From positions 86,981-150,980 of the forward strand of contig JBGSZS010000011.1 in assembly GCA_041750285.1 (NCBI GenBank): DNA of 64,000 nucleotides. The letters are read 5' to 3'. The notes under the pieces were generated by a model. That model had not been told where the DNA came from and did no database searches. It saw only the letters and a list, made by a program, of their open reading frames with translations. The position numbers and the translations under genes are program-made. Shown one piece after another: positions 28,966 to 39,298 of this stretch. This DNA is from Candidatus Fermentibacteraceae bacterium. GTDB taxonomy: Bacteria; Fermentibacterota; Fermentibacteria; Fermentibacterales; JCC-6. Numbering within the stretch: position 1 is the first letter of the stretch; the number at the start of each line of letters is the position of its first letter.

Positions 28966-29469
28966 ATGGACTCCCGAGCGTTTCACAAGCTTAGCTACGG
29001 AATGTACGTGGTGGCCTCAGGCCCCGAAGGCGAATGCAATGCCCAGATCGCAAACACCGTTTTCCAGATCACATCAGAGCCTCCCAGGATGGGCATCAGC
29101 ATCAACAAACAGAACTACACGCACGAGTTCTTCCTGAAAAGCGGTGTCTTTTCCGTTTCCGTGATCACGGAAGAGGCCGACATGGTGTTCATCGGCCGTT
29201 TCGGCTTCAGGTGCGGCCGCGAATACCCGAAGATGCAGGGCATCGCGACCATGATCGGAACGACAGGTGTCCCCATCATCACCGAGAACGTCTGTGCCTA
29301 TCTCGAGGGCAGGATCGTCGGCAGCCTCGACTGCGGGACCCACACGCTCTTTCTGGGCGAGGTCGTTGATTCCGGCATCCTCAGCGATGCCACTCCCATG
29401 ACCTACGCTCATTACCACCTCGTAAAAAAGGGCAGGTCGCCAAAGACGGCCCCCACCTACACGGGCTGA
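28966..29469 (+). CDS. Flavin reductase family protein (Hrb N-terminal-like, no rubredoxin domain)
   Basis: KLSYGMYVV, NAQIANTVFQITSEP, NKQNYTHE, GTHTLFLG, PMTYAHYH. Confidence 0.9.
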   Translation: MDSRAFHKLSYGMYVVASGPEGECNAQIANTVFQITSEPPRMGISINKQNYTHEFFLKSGVFSVSVITEEADMVFIGRFGFRCGREYPKMQGIATMIGTTGVPIITENVCAYLEGRIVGSLDCGTHTLFLGEVVDSGILSDATPMTYAHYHLVKKGRSPKTAPTYTG

Positions 29470-29473
29470 CCGC

Positions 29474-30205
29474 TTGGATGGGATCAGTCTTTTCCTCCCC
29501 GCATACAACGAGGAGGAAAACGTGGCCTTCATGGTCGCAAGCGCCCGCAGGGTCCTCGAAGCCATAGCCGGATCCAGCTGGGAAGTGATAGTGGTCAATG
29601 ACGGCTCGACCGACAGGACAGGGGAGATCACGCTCGAGCTGTCCCGGCAGGATCCAAGGGTAAGACTGGTTGACCACGGCCGCAACCTGGGCTTCGGCAG
29701 CGCCGTTAGAACGGGAATTGCCAGCTCCCGTTACCCCTGGGTCTTCTACACCGACTGCGACGGGCAGTTCGATCTCGATGAGCTCAGAACACTGTGGGAA
29801 AGAAGGTCCGGGGCCGATGTGATATCGGGTTTCCGGCGCCACCGCAGGGACCCCGGGATGCGGCTCATCTACTCCCTGGGCTGGAACGTAGTCACGCTGA
29901 TGCTGTTCATGAAGGGCTTCAAGGATGTTGACGCCTCGTTCAAGCTCTACAGAAGAAGCATTTTCGGGAAGGTGAAGCCCCTCTCGACAAGCGGAACGGT
30001 CGATTTCGAGATCCTCACCCTTGCAAGGGGAATGGGATACAGGGTCCTTCAGGTCCCCGTGTCGCACTTTCCCAGAAGGGCGGGCACTGTCAGCTTCGAA
30101 ACCTCGCGCAGGGGGTTTTTCGCGTTCGTGAGATTCGGCGCGATATGGGAGTTGTGGGTTCAGCTCTGGGCATTCAGGGTTCGTACCTGGCGTGGTGTGC
30201 GGTGA
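29474..30205 (+). CDS. GT2 glycosyltransferase, DPM1-like (polyprenol-phosphate sugar synthase)
   Basis: LPAYNEEEN, VNDGSTD, YTDCDGQFD, KDVDASFKL. Confidence 0.9.
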   Translation: MDGISLFLPAYNEEENVAFMVASARRVLEAIAGSSWEVIVVNDGSTDRTGEITLELSRQDPRVRLVDHGRNLGFGSAVRTGIASSRYPWVFYTDCDGQFDLDELRTLWERRSGADVISGFRRHRRDPGMRLIYSLGWNVVTLMLFMKGFKDVDASFKLYRRSIFGKVKPLSTSGTVDFEILTLARGMGYRVLQVPVSHFPRRAGTVSFETSRRGFFAFVRFGAIWELWVQLWAFRVRTWRGVR

Positions 30206-31377
30206 GGCGCAGGGCACTTCTCGCAACCCCGCTTCCTCCACTCGAAACCGGCCTTGCCACCTATGCGGCACGAATCCTTTCCATAACCCGTGATGCGGTT
30301 GACTGGACCGTTGCATTCACACAGGGAAGCGAGGCCCTTCCCGGTTTCCGGTGCATACCGATTTCCGGGATCGGCCACTGCGGTCCGGATATTCCAGCTC
30401 ACAGGGTGTTTCAGCTCGGCAACTCCACGCACTGCACCGAAGTCTTCCACGCCCTGCGGAAGTGGGGGGGCGCGGCCATTTTTCACGAGACCAACTTCCA
30501 CCACATACTGAGGCACATGGCCGATACGACAGGAGACTGGGCCGAGTACCGCAAGCATCTCGAGCACGAGTACGGCTCCGATGCGCAGAGGGTCTCCAGG
30601 ATCATGGGCAGACCCGCGGAAAGCCGCGAAGAGTACGACCGAAGGCTCCGGACCCATCCCCTTTCCAAAAGGGTTGCCGGCTGGTGCACTGCCATTGCAT
30701 GCCTGAATGACGCTGCCAGGTCGACCCTGCAGGCGGGGGGGTTCGAAAAGAGGATCACCGTGTTGGGGCACCCGCTCGACCCGCTTCCCGACAGACTTCC
30801 CCCGCCGCCAGTCACACCGCCGGGCGAGCTGGTGGTGGGCGTTGCTGGAAGCTTCGGTTACGGAAGGGGCTGGAAGCATGCACTGTCAGTCGTTTCAGCC
30901 CTGAGGGCAGACCACGATGCCGTGCTCGTCGCGCTGGGTGCGGGCTGGCCCGATCCCGGGCTTTCATGGGTGAGGCTCACCGGGCGTCTTCCCGAGGCTG
31001 ATTATCAGTCCATCCTGAGAACGTTCCACATGGCATTGGATCTGAGGGAAGGCTCCTGCGGAGAGACATCGGGAAGTCTTCTCGAACTCCTCAGGGCATC
31101 GGTGCCCACCATCGTCACTGATTCGGGTTCCTTTGCGGCCATTCCATCGGGTGCCGTGATCAGGGTGTCCGCACGCGACCTTCCCCATTCCGCCGAGGCG
31201 GCGGCCCGCTACCTTCTTCACAATCCGTCGCTCATGGAAGAACTTTCCTCCCGTGGCGCGGCGTACGCGGCCGGGCAGTCCGACACCGCGGTTTTCGGCC
31301 GCGCAATACTCGAGCTGCTCGAGGGCTCCCATGCGCCGCACGAACGGACCGGAGGGATGGATTGTCAAAACCTCTGA
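30202..31377 (+). CDS. GT-B (GT4-like) glycosyltransferase
   Basis: TPLPPLETGLATY, FQLGNS, LREGSCGETSGSLL, IVTDSGSF. Confidence 0.75.
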   Translation: MRRRALLATPLPPLETGLATYAARILSITRDAVDWTVAFTQGSEALPGFRCIPISGIGHCGPDIPAHRVFQLGNSTHCTEVFHALRKWGGAAIFHETNFHHILRHMADTTGDWAEYRKHLEHEYGSDAQRVSRIMGRPAESREEYDRRLRTHPLSKRVAGWCTAIACLNDAARSTLQAGGFEKRITVLGHPLDPLPDRLPPPPVTPPGELVVGVAGSFGYGRGWKHALSVVSALRADHDAVLVALGAGWPDPGLSWVRLTGRLPEADYQSILRTFHMALDLREGSCGETSGSLLELLRASVPTIVTDSGSFAAIPSGAVIRVSARDLPHSAEAAARYLLHNPSLMEELSSRGAAYAAGQSDTAVFGRAILELLEGSHAPHERTGGMDCQNL

Positions 31378-32960
31378 CGGTTCCCTTCACGATCATGCTC
31401 ACGGTCACCGCCGCTGCAGTCCCCTGGCTGGGTTTGCTGACTGCCGGGAACGGAATGCCTGTCGGTCTTCCGGCCGACCCGTCCGATGTCGCAGTGGCCG
31501 GCGATTCAGACGTTTACGATGAGGTGTGGCACTTCTGGTGGACCGAAAGGGCACTTTCCGAGAACCTCGACCCGATGTTCTGTCCCCTGGTCTTTCATCC
31601 CAGGGGAGCCTCAATGTCGCAACACAACATCGGCTGGCCCTCCACCCTTGCAATGGCGAACCCGCTTTTCGCGGGCGATCCTGTCTCTGCGCTCAATGCC
31701 TCGCTGTTCCTGGGCACCGCTCTGGTCTTCGCTGCAGGGGTACTGATCGCCCGTCAGTGGGGCGCCGGCTGGGACGGGGCCTTTCTGGCCGGCTTCATCG
31801 CGGCACTCATGCCGTCCAGGGTGGGGCATCTCTACCAGCACTACATGATAGCCCAGATCGGCTGGGGTATGATGTCGCTGTACTTCTTCACCGATTATCT
31901 TGACAGGCAGGGACGCGGGCTGGTCCTTGCCGGGCTCTTCGCGGGGCTTGCAACACTGGAGAGCCTTTACCACGTCATCTTCGTCTTTCTCGGGGCCTTC
32001 ACGGTGATGATCCTCAGAAACGGCGGATTCACGAAAGCCACGGCCCTGCGGGGTCTGGCCTCCATAGCGGCAGGCGCCGCGCTTGCAGGGGCATGGTTCA
32101 TTCCCCGCGATGGCGGTACTGCCAGCTCCTACTTCACATGGATGGAGGCGGTTCACTGGAGTGCCGAACCCGTCTCCTATTTCATGCCCTCGCCCTACGG
32201 GCTTGCCGGTGCGTTGTTTTCCCTTCCTCTGAAGCGACCCTGGATGCCGAATGCCTTCGAGGGCAACGTCTCATTCGGTCTTTCGGTGCTGCTCGTTCTG
32301 ATCGGGGCGTTCGCCAGGAAGCGAAGGTGGCTGCTCGTACTCAGCGTGCTTTTCCTTGCCGTGCTGAGTTTCGGGCCGTTGCTGAAGGTCCTCGGAACAC
32401 CCACCCCTTACGTCCTGCCCTGGATGGCTCCGGCAAGGCTTTCTCTCTTTGCGAACGCCAGGGTTCCAGCAAGGGTTGCCATGCTTGTCGGGGTGATCGC
32501 TGCGGTCACCGCCGGGGTTGTCCTCAAACGCATGAAACCATTGCTTCGAGGTCTTGTCCTGACGTTCGTTCTGTTCGAGCTCTTCATACCCGTCTTCCCG
32601 GTTGTGTCCGCCGCGGTTCCCCGTGCATGCCTGCAGGCGTCGGGTCCGGTCCTCGACCTCCCGGCGGGCTGCGTGACCCGTATCACGGCCCTTTACCAGA
32701 CCCGTCACGGGCAGCCCCGTCTGACTGCCTTTCTGGCAAGGGGCGGTTCCAAAGCGCTTGAAGATGCCGGTTTAAGTGGCCTTCTTATGGGCGATACCGC
32801 TATTGTGACCTGCGAAGTTCTAATGGCCACCACTGCTGAAACAGCCCTTTACCACAGGATGCTTCTTGATCCTGCACAGCGTTCATTTTACGACTCACTT
32901 TACGCTTCCGCCTTCCCGTCGGGCACGGCGGATGACAGTGTCTGGGTGTGGCACCGATGA
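31362..32960 (+). CDS. Polytopic membrane protein, GT-C/YfhO-like
   Basis: Acidic loop GDSDVYDEVWHFWW, FHPRG, many TM segments, ARVPAR, QTRHGQP. Confidence 0.65.
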   Translation: MSKPLTVPFTIMLTVTAAAVPWLGLLTAGNGMPVGLPADPSDVAVAGDSDVYDEVWHFWWTERALSENLDPMFCPLVFHPRGASMSQHNIGWPSTLAMANPLFAGDPVSALNASLFLGTALVFAAGVLIARQWGAGWDGAFLAGFIAALMPSRVGHLYQHYMIAQIGWGMMSLYFFTDYLDRQGRGLVLAGLFAGLATLESLYHVIFVFLGAFTVMILRNGGFTKATALRGLASIAAGAALAGAWFIPRDGGTASSYFTWMEAVHWSAEPVSYFMPSPYGLAGALFSLPLKRPWMPNAFEGNVSFGLSVLLVLIGAFARKRRWLLVLSVLFLAVLSFGPLLKVLGTPTPYVLPWMAPARLSLFANARVPARVAMLVGVIAAVTAGVVLKRMKPLLRGLVLTFVLFELFIPVFPVVSAAVPRACLQASGPVLDLPAGCVTRITALYQTRHGQPRLTAFLARGGSKALEDAGLSGLLMGDTAIVTCEVLMATTAETALYHRMLLDPAQRSFYDSLYASAFPSGTADDSVWVWHR

Positions 32961-34147
32961 GTTTCCAGGACTCTGTCACCGTCGTTACGGTCCTTCACAA
33001 CAACGCACCCCTCATGCCGCAGCTGGCCGACACCCTCAGGGGGCTGGGAACCGGCGCCGTCATCTACGACAGCGGTTCGTCAGACGGTTCCGCACCGGCC
33101 GCGGCCCGCCTTCTGCCCGGTGCAAGGGTCCTGGTCGGCGAAAATCTCGGATTCGGCCACGGCAACAACGTCGCGGTCAGACAAGCCGACACAAAGTACA
33201 TCCTCTTTCTCAACAGCGACGCCGGGATCGAAGCCGGCTCCCTCGAAAGGCTCTTTGACCATCTTGAGGGGCACCCGTCCGTGGCGGCCGTCCAGCCATT
33301 GATCAGGGCATGGAAATGGCCGCTGGTCACCGCGGGAAGCGGGGTCTACGTGACGCCCTTCGGCGAGGCGTGGGACGCCCGTTTCATGCACCTCGAGAGA
33401 AGGGCGGGCGACGCCGTATCGGCCCCCCCCGCAGTATCGGCAGCAGTATCCCTCTGGCGGACCGACGCATTCACGGCGGCAGGCGGTTTCGACCCTGGTT
33501 ACTTCATGTACTTTGAAGACGCCGACCTCTGTCTCCGCGCACGGACCTTGGGATGGGATTTCTCCGTGCTGAGGCAGGCATCCGCCCTTCACATGATCGG
33601 TGCCTCCAGCGACAGGTCCCGTGCTTCCCTCTGGGAACTGGCTTCGTCCATCAGGCTTGCCCGAAGGTTTCTTGGGGGAGGGAAGCTGCCGCGCGGTTTC
33701 CTTGCACGCGAGGCCAGGAAGGAACTGGCCCTTCTGCGCCGCGGGAAGCCTTGGATCCGGCGTCTGCGTGTTCTCTCCAGGGAGATCGGCAAACCCGTTC
33801 AGGCACTCGAGCTTCCACCGGAAGTCCTTGCCGGGCTGCACGGACACCCCTCAGACCTTCCGCTTCCAAGACCAGGCCCCCTGGGTCCCGGCATTCAGGG
33901 AACAAGCATTGCGCCTTACGGTGTGTTTCCAGCATCAGGGGCCACCCTTACCCTGCGCTCAAGGGGACCGGCAGTATCGGGGGGCATGTGCGATGCCGGC
34001 GGGACCCTGAGGAAGGAGTTCTTCGTAAATGCGGGCGAGGCCGTCCGGATCAGGCTTCTCACCGAAGGCGGATTGTCGTACATTTTCTGTGACAGACCCG
34101 AATCAAGGCTGGAGGTGAACGTTGGCGACATCACCGCGCAGGGGTGA
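32957..34147 (+). CDS. GT2 glycosyltransferase
   Basis: YDSGSSDGS, NLGFGHGNN, LNSD, GFDPGYFMYFEDADLC. Confidence 0.9.
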   Translation: MSFQDSVTVVTVLHNNAPLMPQLADTLRGLGTGAVIYDSGSSDGSAPAAARLLPGARVLVGENLGFGHGNNVAVRQADTKYILFLNSDAGIEAGSLERLFDHLEGHPSVAAVQPLIRAWKWPLVTAGSGVYVTPFGEAWDARFMHLERRAGDAVSAPPAVSAAVSLWRTDAFTAAGGFDPGYFMYFEDADLCLRARTLGWDFSVLRQASALHMIGASSDRSRASLWELASSIRLARRFLGGGKLPRGFLAREARKELALLRRGKPWIRRLRVLSREIGKPVQALELPPEVLAGLHGHPSDLPLPRPGPLGPGIQGTSIAPYGVFPASGATLTLRSRGPAVSGGMCDAGGTLRKEFFVNAGEAVRIRLLTEGGLSYIFCDRPESRLEVNVGDITAQG

Positions 34148-34898
34148 GCTTGCCATTGCACTGGCCGGCATCGCGGTCTGGCTTGCCATCGTTCTCTTCC
34201 GCGGATTCTCCCCCGAATGGCTCGCCCTTCCACTTGCTGCGGTGGCGGTCTCGACACTGATCGGCAACCCGATGTTCATCCCGGGGCTCCTCATACTTCT
34301 GTGCGCCATGGTGTCCGCAACGGGAGCCCCTGTGGCAGCTGTCGCTGGCGTGCTAGCATCCTTTTCGTCCAGCCGCGTCCCGGGCAGGATCGCCGGCTGG
34401 CTCGCGCTTTCGGCGTGGGCGCTGGCGAACCCTTCCATGAGCTTGGTTCCATTGGTCCTTGCATGCGCGCTCGCCTCGCTTTTCGACGCCAGGGGGGTCA
34501 GGATGATCCTCGCTGTCGTATCGGCCATCCTGCTGCCCTGCCTCGGTTTTCTGCCGAACGCGGACCATGCTGTGCCGTCCACGGCCCGTTGTTTCCTGGA
34601 GGAGGGCCACGCCTGGTGGAAGCTTCAGCCGGTCACGCTGGGTACGGGTGGCGCAGTTCTGGCTCCGCCCGTGCCAGGACCGTTCACCATGACGCTCGAA
34701 CTGCAATGCGGCGGCGTGAGGGATTCACTTCCCGTTGCAGCTGTCCTGGCCGGTGAGAACACGATATGCCTTCCCTCCGGCTCCCACACCCTCCGCCTCG
34801 ATCTCGCGTCCCCTGATTCTGTTTTCATAGTGCTGCTCCGCGAGCCCCGGCCGTTCACTCATCCCGTCGCACATGTCTTTGCGGAGGCCGAATGGTGA
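34122..34898 (+). CDS. Hypothetical membrane protein
   Basis: Hydrophobic N-terminal half; overlaps both neighbours in the operon. Confidence 0.6.
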   Translation: MATSPRRGELAIALAGIAVWLAIVLFRGFSPEWLALPLAAVAVSTLIGNPMFIPGLLILLCAMVSATGAPVAAVAGVLASFSSSRVPGRIAGWLALSAWALANPSMSLVPLVLACALASLFDARGVRMILAVVSAILLPCLGFLPNADHAVPSTARCFLEEGHAWWKLQPVTLGTGGAVLAPPVPGPFTMTLELQCGGVRDSLPVAAVLAGENTICLPSGSHTLRLDLASPDSVFIVLLREPRPFTHPVAHVFAEAEW

Positions 34899-36883
34899 AC
34901 CGGCCGGCATTGAAGGCGCCCGTTGCCTCTCTTGCTGCGGGAGCCTGGGTCTTTCTGCTCTGGCGTCTGACAGGAATGCCCGATCCCGGAGGGATGGGGC
35001 GGCTTATTCCCATTTCATGGGCAGTCTGCTCGCTTGTTTCCTGGGGCTCGGGGAAGTTCCTTCCCGCGGCCTGCTCCATGGCGGTCTTTACCGTTTTCAG
35101 CATGTTCTGGAGGGTTGTTCCATGGGGCTGGCAGGGAGCCGCTGCTGCGGCCGTTTCGGGTCTCATCCTGATGGGTTTCGCGCTGGCGGGGCAGCGCATG
35201 GGGATCATCAGGGGCATCCTTCCAATGGCTTTCCTGATGATAGCGACCGTTCCCTTTACTTCCGACGAGGTCCGTTTCTCGGAGATAGCTTCGGACATCG
35301 CGGGAACTGACGGGTACCGTTTCGAGGCAAGGCCGGGCGACCCCGCTCCGGGAGACAGCCACCATACCCTGGTCTACCCGCTCATACTGGCTCCAGGCAC
35401 CTTTTTCGGTCCAGTCGGAATAAGGATCATGGGGCTGTTGCCCCTCATTGGGTGCCTTCTCATGCTTCGCCTTCTGCTTGCAGGGGGCGGACTGCCCTCG
35501 CCGGGCATGACGGCGGTCATGGCGGCCCTTCTGATGCCTGGCTTCACCCTGCTGGGACCGGCCCTGAGCGGCTGGACCGCGGCTGCGGCCATTTGCGCCT
35601 TCGCTCTTCTGCCCAGGGGTCACAGGGGTTTCTGGGGCACCATTCTGCTCTCGGCTTTCCTGATCGCACTGAAGATGCGCTATGCGGGTGCTGCCGCCGG
35701 CATGTTGGTATGCTGGTACCTCGAGAACAATCACGGTTATCGAAGGAGGCTTCTGGTCCCCCTGGCGGTGCTCGGATTCACGGTCATAGTGCTTGCGATC
35801 GACCGTTACCTTCTGAACGGAGGCGTGCTCTGGGTCAGGTACGGCACCACCGAAACCATCACCGCGATCGGAATGAACCTGTTCAGGCGTCCCTCGATGC
35901 TTCTGCGAACAGCCTTCGAGATGCTTCTGGACGCAGAGGCGGGGCTCCTGCCGAAAGCACCCTGGGTAATCGCCGCATTTGCCGGCATGCCGCTTCTCAG
36001 AAAGTCCGGGGGAACACTTTTCGGAAGGCTCGCCCTTCCGGCTTTCTTCTACATCGCCGTCCATCTGGTCTGGAGCGGGGAGAGCTGGCACGGTCTGCCC
36101 TCTCCGGCAACCCGGATATTCCTTCCGCTGGTTCCCCTGCTTGCCGCGTCGCTGGCCATGGTTCTCGGGAGAAGCACGACAAGCCTTCTCACGGGCCTTT
36201 CCGTTGCCGTTTCCGCGGGGCTTTCTGCGGTTCCCGTTTCAAGGTTCAACCTCGCATCGGGCTCGGACAACCTGATGAGGCTGATCGATGCAGCCTCTCA
36301 CGGGGTTTCGATGGTCCGCCACTCTGAAGCGGCGATCCTTTTCTGGACGGTGTTCGCGTTCGCCGCGTTCCTTCTCGCAAGGCATGACAGGACAACCGGC
36401 CTGACGGTCCTTCTTGCCGGAGGCGCACTGGCGCTTGCCCTTCCTGCCCGCCCCGGACGCATCGAGGCTGAAGACGCAGGCCCCCGGATGGTCCACGGAG
36501 CAATGATCCACCCCATGAACCCCGATCCGGGTGAACGGGCTCACTGGTTCTTCTCCAGAGAGCGGACCCTCGTGCTCGACCACCCCGCTCAGCGGCTTTA
36601 CATGCCCTGCGGAAGGTTGTCGTTCCGAGCCTCGGGAGAACCGGGAGCGATGCTCGTTGCAGGCGACGACACCATCGATGTGCAAACGGATCTGCTGCCC
36701 CTGCCCGGGGCTTTCCAGCAGCTGCGAAGGGGCTCCGCCATCCCTGACAGACCCGAGAACCGTGAGATGAGGGTATACACTCTCACCCTCCGGGGTCCCG
36801 CCACGTTTGCGATCCCCGAAGGCGGGGCTCCGGTGTATTTCGACTGGTTCGAGATCGCACGGGAAGCGGGGGGTGGGGAATGA
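34892..36883 (+). CDS. Polytopic membrane protein, possible GT-C fold
   Basis: FTSDE acidic motif, SHH..YP loop, many TM segments, soluble C-terminus. Confidence 0.6.
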   Translation: MVNRPALKAPVASLAAGAWVFLLWRLTGMPDPGGMGRLIPISWAVCSLVSWGSGKFLPAACSMAVFTVFSMFWRVVPWGWQGAAAAAVSGLILMGFALAGQRMGIIRGILPMAFLMIATVPFTSDEVRFSEIASDIAGTDGYRFEARPGDPAPGDSHHTLVYPLILAPGTFFGPVGIRIMGLLPLIGCLLMLRLLLAGGGLPSPGMTAVMAALLMPGFTLLGPALSGWTAAAAICAFALLPRGHRGFWGTILLSAFLIALKMRYAGAAAGMLVCWYLENNHGYRRRLLVPLAVLGFTVIVLAIDRYLLNGGVLWVRYGTTETITAIGMNLFRRPSMLLRTAFEMLLDAEAGLLPKAPWVIAAFAGMPLLRKSGGTLFGRLALPAFFYIAVHLVWSGESWHGLPSPATRIFLPLVPLLAASLAMVLGRSTTSLLTGLSVAVSAGLSAVPVSRFNLASGSDNLMRLIDAASHGVSMVRHSEAAILFWTVFAFAAFLLARHDRTTGLTVLLAGGALALALPARPGRIEAEDAGPRMVHGAMIHPMNPDPGERAHWFFSRERTLVLDHPAQRLYMPCGRLSFRASGEPGAMLVAGDDTIDVQTDLLPLPGAFQQLRRGSAIPDRPENREMRVYTLTLRGPATFAIPEGGAPVYFDWFEIAREAGGGE

Positions 36884-37695
36884 GCACCGAAGTATCGGTG
36901 GTGATCCCTTCCAGGAACGGTCTTGAATTTCTGATGAAGCAGCTTCCGCTGCTCCTCGATGACGAACGTCTCGAGGTGCTGGTGGTGGACGACTGCTCCT
37001 CGGACGGCACCACGGAGACCCTGCGGAAGGCTTTCCCCTCCCTCAGGGTCCTGGCGCGCAGCGGAACCCCCGGATTCTGTTACGCAGTGAACGAAGGGAT
37101 GCTGGCAGCCTCCTCCGACCTTCTGATGCTGCTGAACAACGACGTTGCTCCGGAACCGGGCTGTTTCGAGGGAATGGCCCGTTGGCTTTCAGACGCGCCG
37201 TCCGGGGTGGCCGTGACCGTTCCCAGGATCATGAGGCCCGACGGGACCGATGACGGTTCCATGGAGTGGGGTTTTCGCAGGGGACTGGCCTTCACGGCGC
37301 CGCGAGCGGGTCATCCCTATCCCTCCGGAGCTTGTGCCCTCTGGCGAAGGGCTGCATGGTTCGATCTGGGAGGGCTGAGCACAAGGTACGCTCCGATCTA
37401 CTGGGAGGACGCTGACCTCGGAGCGCGCCTGGCGCGAACGGGAATGTCGATGGCCAGGTACGATGGTCCCGGCGTCATGCACGACCACGCAGCAACGATG
37501 GGCAGAAGCCCTTCAAGCGAAACCCTGAGGGAGCGCAACCGCTTCATTTTCATGGAATCATGGTGCTCCTCCGGGGGCATGCGCGCCCGGACGGCTGCAT
37601 GGCTGCCGGTTCACCTGGCGCTTGCCAGACTGAGGGGAAACAGGGCCTTCACGAACGGTTACTCACAATACCTGGGGCTGCGCAATGACCTCTGA
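36880..37695 (+). CDS. GT2 glycosyltransferase
   Basis: VSVVIPSRNG, VVDDCSSDGT, LLNNDV, YWEDADL. Confidence 0.9.
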   Translation: MSTEVSVVIPSRNGLEFLMKQLPLLLDDERLEVLVVDDCSSDGTTETLRKAFPSLRVLARSGTPGFCYAVNEGMLAASSDLLMLLNNDVAPEPGCFEGMARWLSDAPSGVAVTVPRIMRPDGTDDGSMEWGFRRGLAFTAPRAGHPYPSGACALWRRAAWFDLGGLSTRYAPIYWEDADLGARLARTGMSMARYDGPGVMHDHAATMGRSPSSETLRERNRFIFMESWCSSGGMRARTAAWLPVHLALARLRGNRAFTNGYSQYLGLRNDL

Positions 37696-39298
37696 GAAGC
37701 GTTACGGTTTCGGTGTGGAGGCTCTGGCGGGATTGGTTGCGGGGGCTTCGGCCCTGGCCGTGCTGGTTGTCGTGATGGTCCTCTTCCTGATGCTCCGCGA
37801 ACACCAAAGATGGTCCATCTCACTGGCAACCGGAGTCGCGGCAAGGATCGCGGGGGAGATGGGCGCCCACCCCGACCAGGCGGGCCTCGAGGCTTCATGC
37901 CGCGGACTTGTCCCATCCGACGCCCTGACCGCGGCGGTGTTCATTGACAGCGCCGGTGTACCCCTTTACGCCTTCCCCGATCTTGGCCCTGACCAGCTCG
38001 CCTCGAAGGACTGGGTCTACATTTCCGCCCGGACATCGGGTTCGGTTGGCGTCCTTCGTGCCGAATCCCCCGCGATGTCGCTTGCCGACCCCATCCTCTA
38101 CGGTCTTGGAGCGATATGCATTGCCCTTGCCCTGACCGCCCTTCTCATGCCGGCATACCTTCGCGCAAGGGTGATCGACCCTCTCCGAAGACTGCTCGTG
38201 CAGGCGGACAGGTACAGAAGCGGAAGCGGGAACGATCCCCTTACTGCGTCGGTGTCATTCCACGAACTGGTCGAGCTTCTGGCCCGCCGCGAAAGTGAAC
38301 TCGAGAGCATGCGCGAACGTGCCGTGGCAAGGGCGGACCTTGCCGAAAGCAGGGCCGGGGCCGTTCTGGAAACCCTTGACTCGGCCGTCGCGGCCGTTGA
38401 CGCAACAGGAAGCCTGATTCTGATGAACGCCAGGGCAAAGGAGCTTTACGGCCTCACGGAGGATGACAGGGGCAGACCGTTCCCGTACTCGAGAACACCA
38501 CTCGCCGCCGCCGCACTCACTCCGGGAGGGGAAGTGGAGTTCGACGGAAGGTCATACAGGGTCAAATCGCTTCGTCACTCCGGGGGCGAACTGGTTGTCA
38601 CCGCCACCGACATCTCGGAAGAGCTGATACTCGAGAGGCGTCTGTCCGAGGAGAGGGCGCTGGCTGACCTGGGAGCCTTTTCGGGCGGTGTCGTCCATGA
38701 GATAGGGAACACCCTGTGTGCCCTCAGGGGTTTTCTGGACCTTCTGGGCCGGGGCACGACCGACGGAAGGTCGAGGAAACTCATGGACGAGGCGAGGCTC
38801 GAACTGGATTCGGCAAGCCGCGTCGTCGACGCCTTCAGAACGCTGGCCAGGGGCGGCGAGGAACCGGGGTTCATACCCGTTCCGGGGGAGGAGATCGTTT
38901 CCTGCGTCAGACAGGAATGCCTCAGTTCAGGTGTTTCCTTCAGATGCACCCATGTATTCGAGGAATTCTACCGGACCGATACGGTGCTCCTTGCACGATG
39001 CGTGAGGAACCTTCTGGAGAACGCGCTGGAAAACTGCAGTAAGGAGGAGGTCACTGTGACCATGGGTGGTCCCGCACCCCTTTCCATAGAGGTCCTTGAC
39101 GCGGGTCCCGGCCTTCCCGATCCTCCCGAGACCGTTTTCAGACCGCTTTACTCCACGGGAAGGGACAAGGGGCACATGGGGATAGGACTGACCGTGAGCA
39201 GAAGGATAATCCTGGCAATGGGAGGCAGGATGACCGCCAGGAATACAGACTCAGGGGCTTCTTTTGTCATCACACTTCCAGGGGAGGGCTCCAGGTGA
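37685..39298 (+). CDS. Membrane sensor histidine kinase (with PAS-like region)
   Basis: 2 TM helices; H-box VHEIGN, NLLENA, DAGPG, GMGIGL-like G2 box. Confidence 0.9.
   Translation: MTSEKRYGFGVEALAGLVAGASALAVLVVVMVLFLMLREHQRWSISLATGVAARIAGEMGAHPDQAGLEASCRGLVPSDALTAAVFIDSAGVPLYAFPDLGPDQLASKDWVYISARTSGSVGVLRAESPAMSLADPILYGLGAICIALALTALLMPAYLRARVIDPLRRLLVQADRYRSGSGNDPLTASVSFHELVELLARRESELESMRERAVARADLAESRAGAVLETLDSAVAAVDATGSLILMNARAKELYGLTEDDRGRPFPYSRTPLAAAALTPGGEVEFDGRSYRVKSLRHSGGELVVTATDISEELILERRLSEERALADLGAFSGGVVHEIGNTLCALRGFLDLLGRGTTDGRSRKLMDEARLELDSASRVVDAFRTLARGGEEPGFIPVPGEEIVSCVRQECLSSGVSFRCTHVFEEFYRTDTVLLARCVRNLLENALENCSKEEVTVTMGGPAPLSIEVLDAGPGLPDPPETVFRPLYSTGRDKGHMGIGLTVSRRIILAMGGRMTARNTDSGASFVITLPGEGSR

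Noticed and set aside
29467..29520. Read-through of the flavin reductase TGA into a rubredoxin domain
   Set aside because: The in-frame downstream sequence (PLGWDQS...) has no CxxC rubredoxin motif and belongs to the next GT2 gene.
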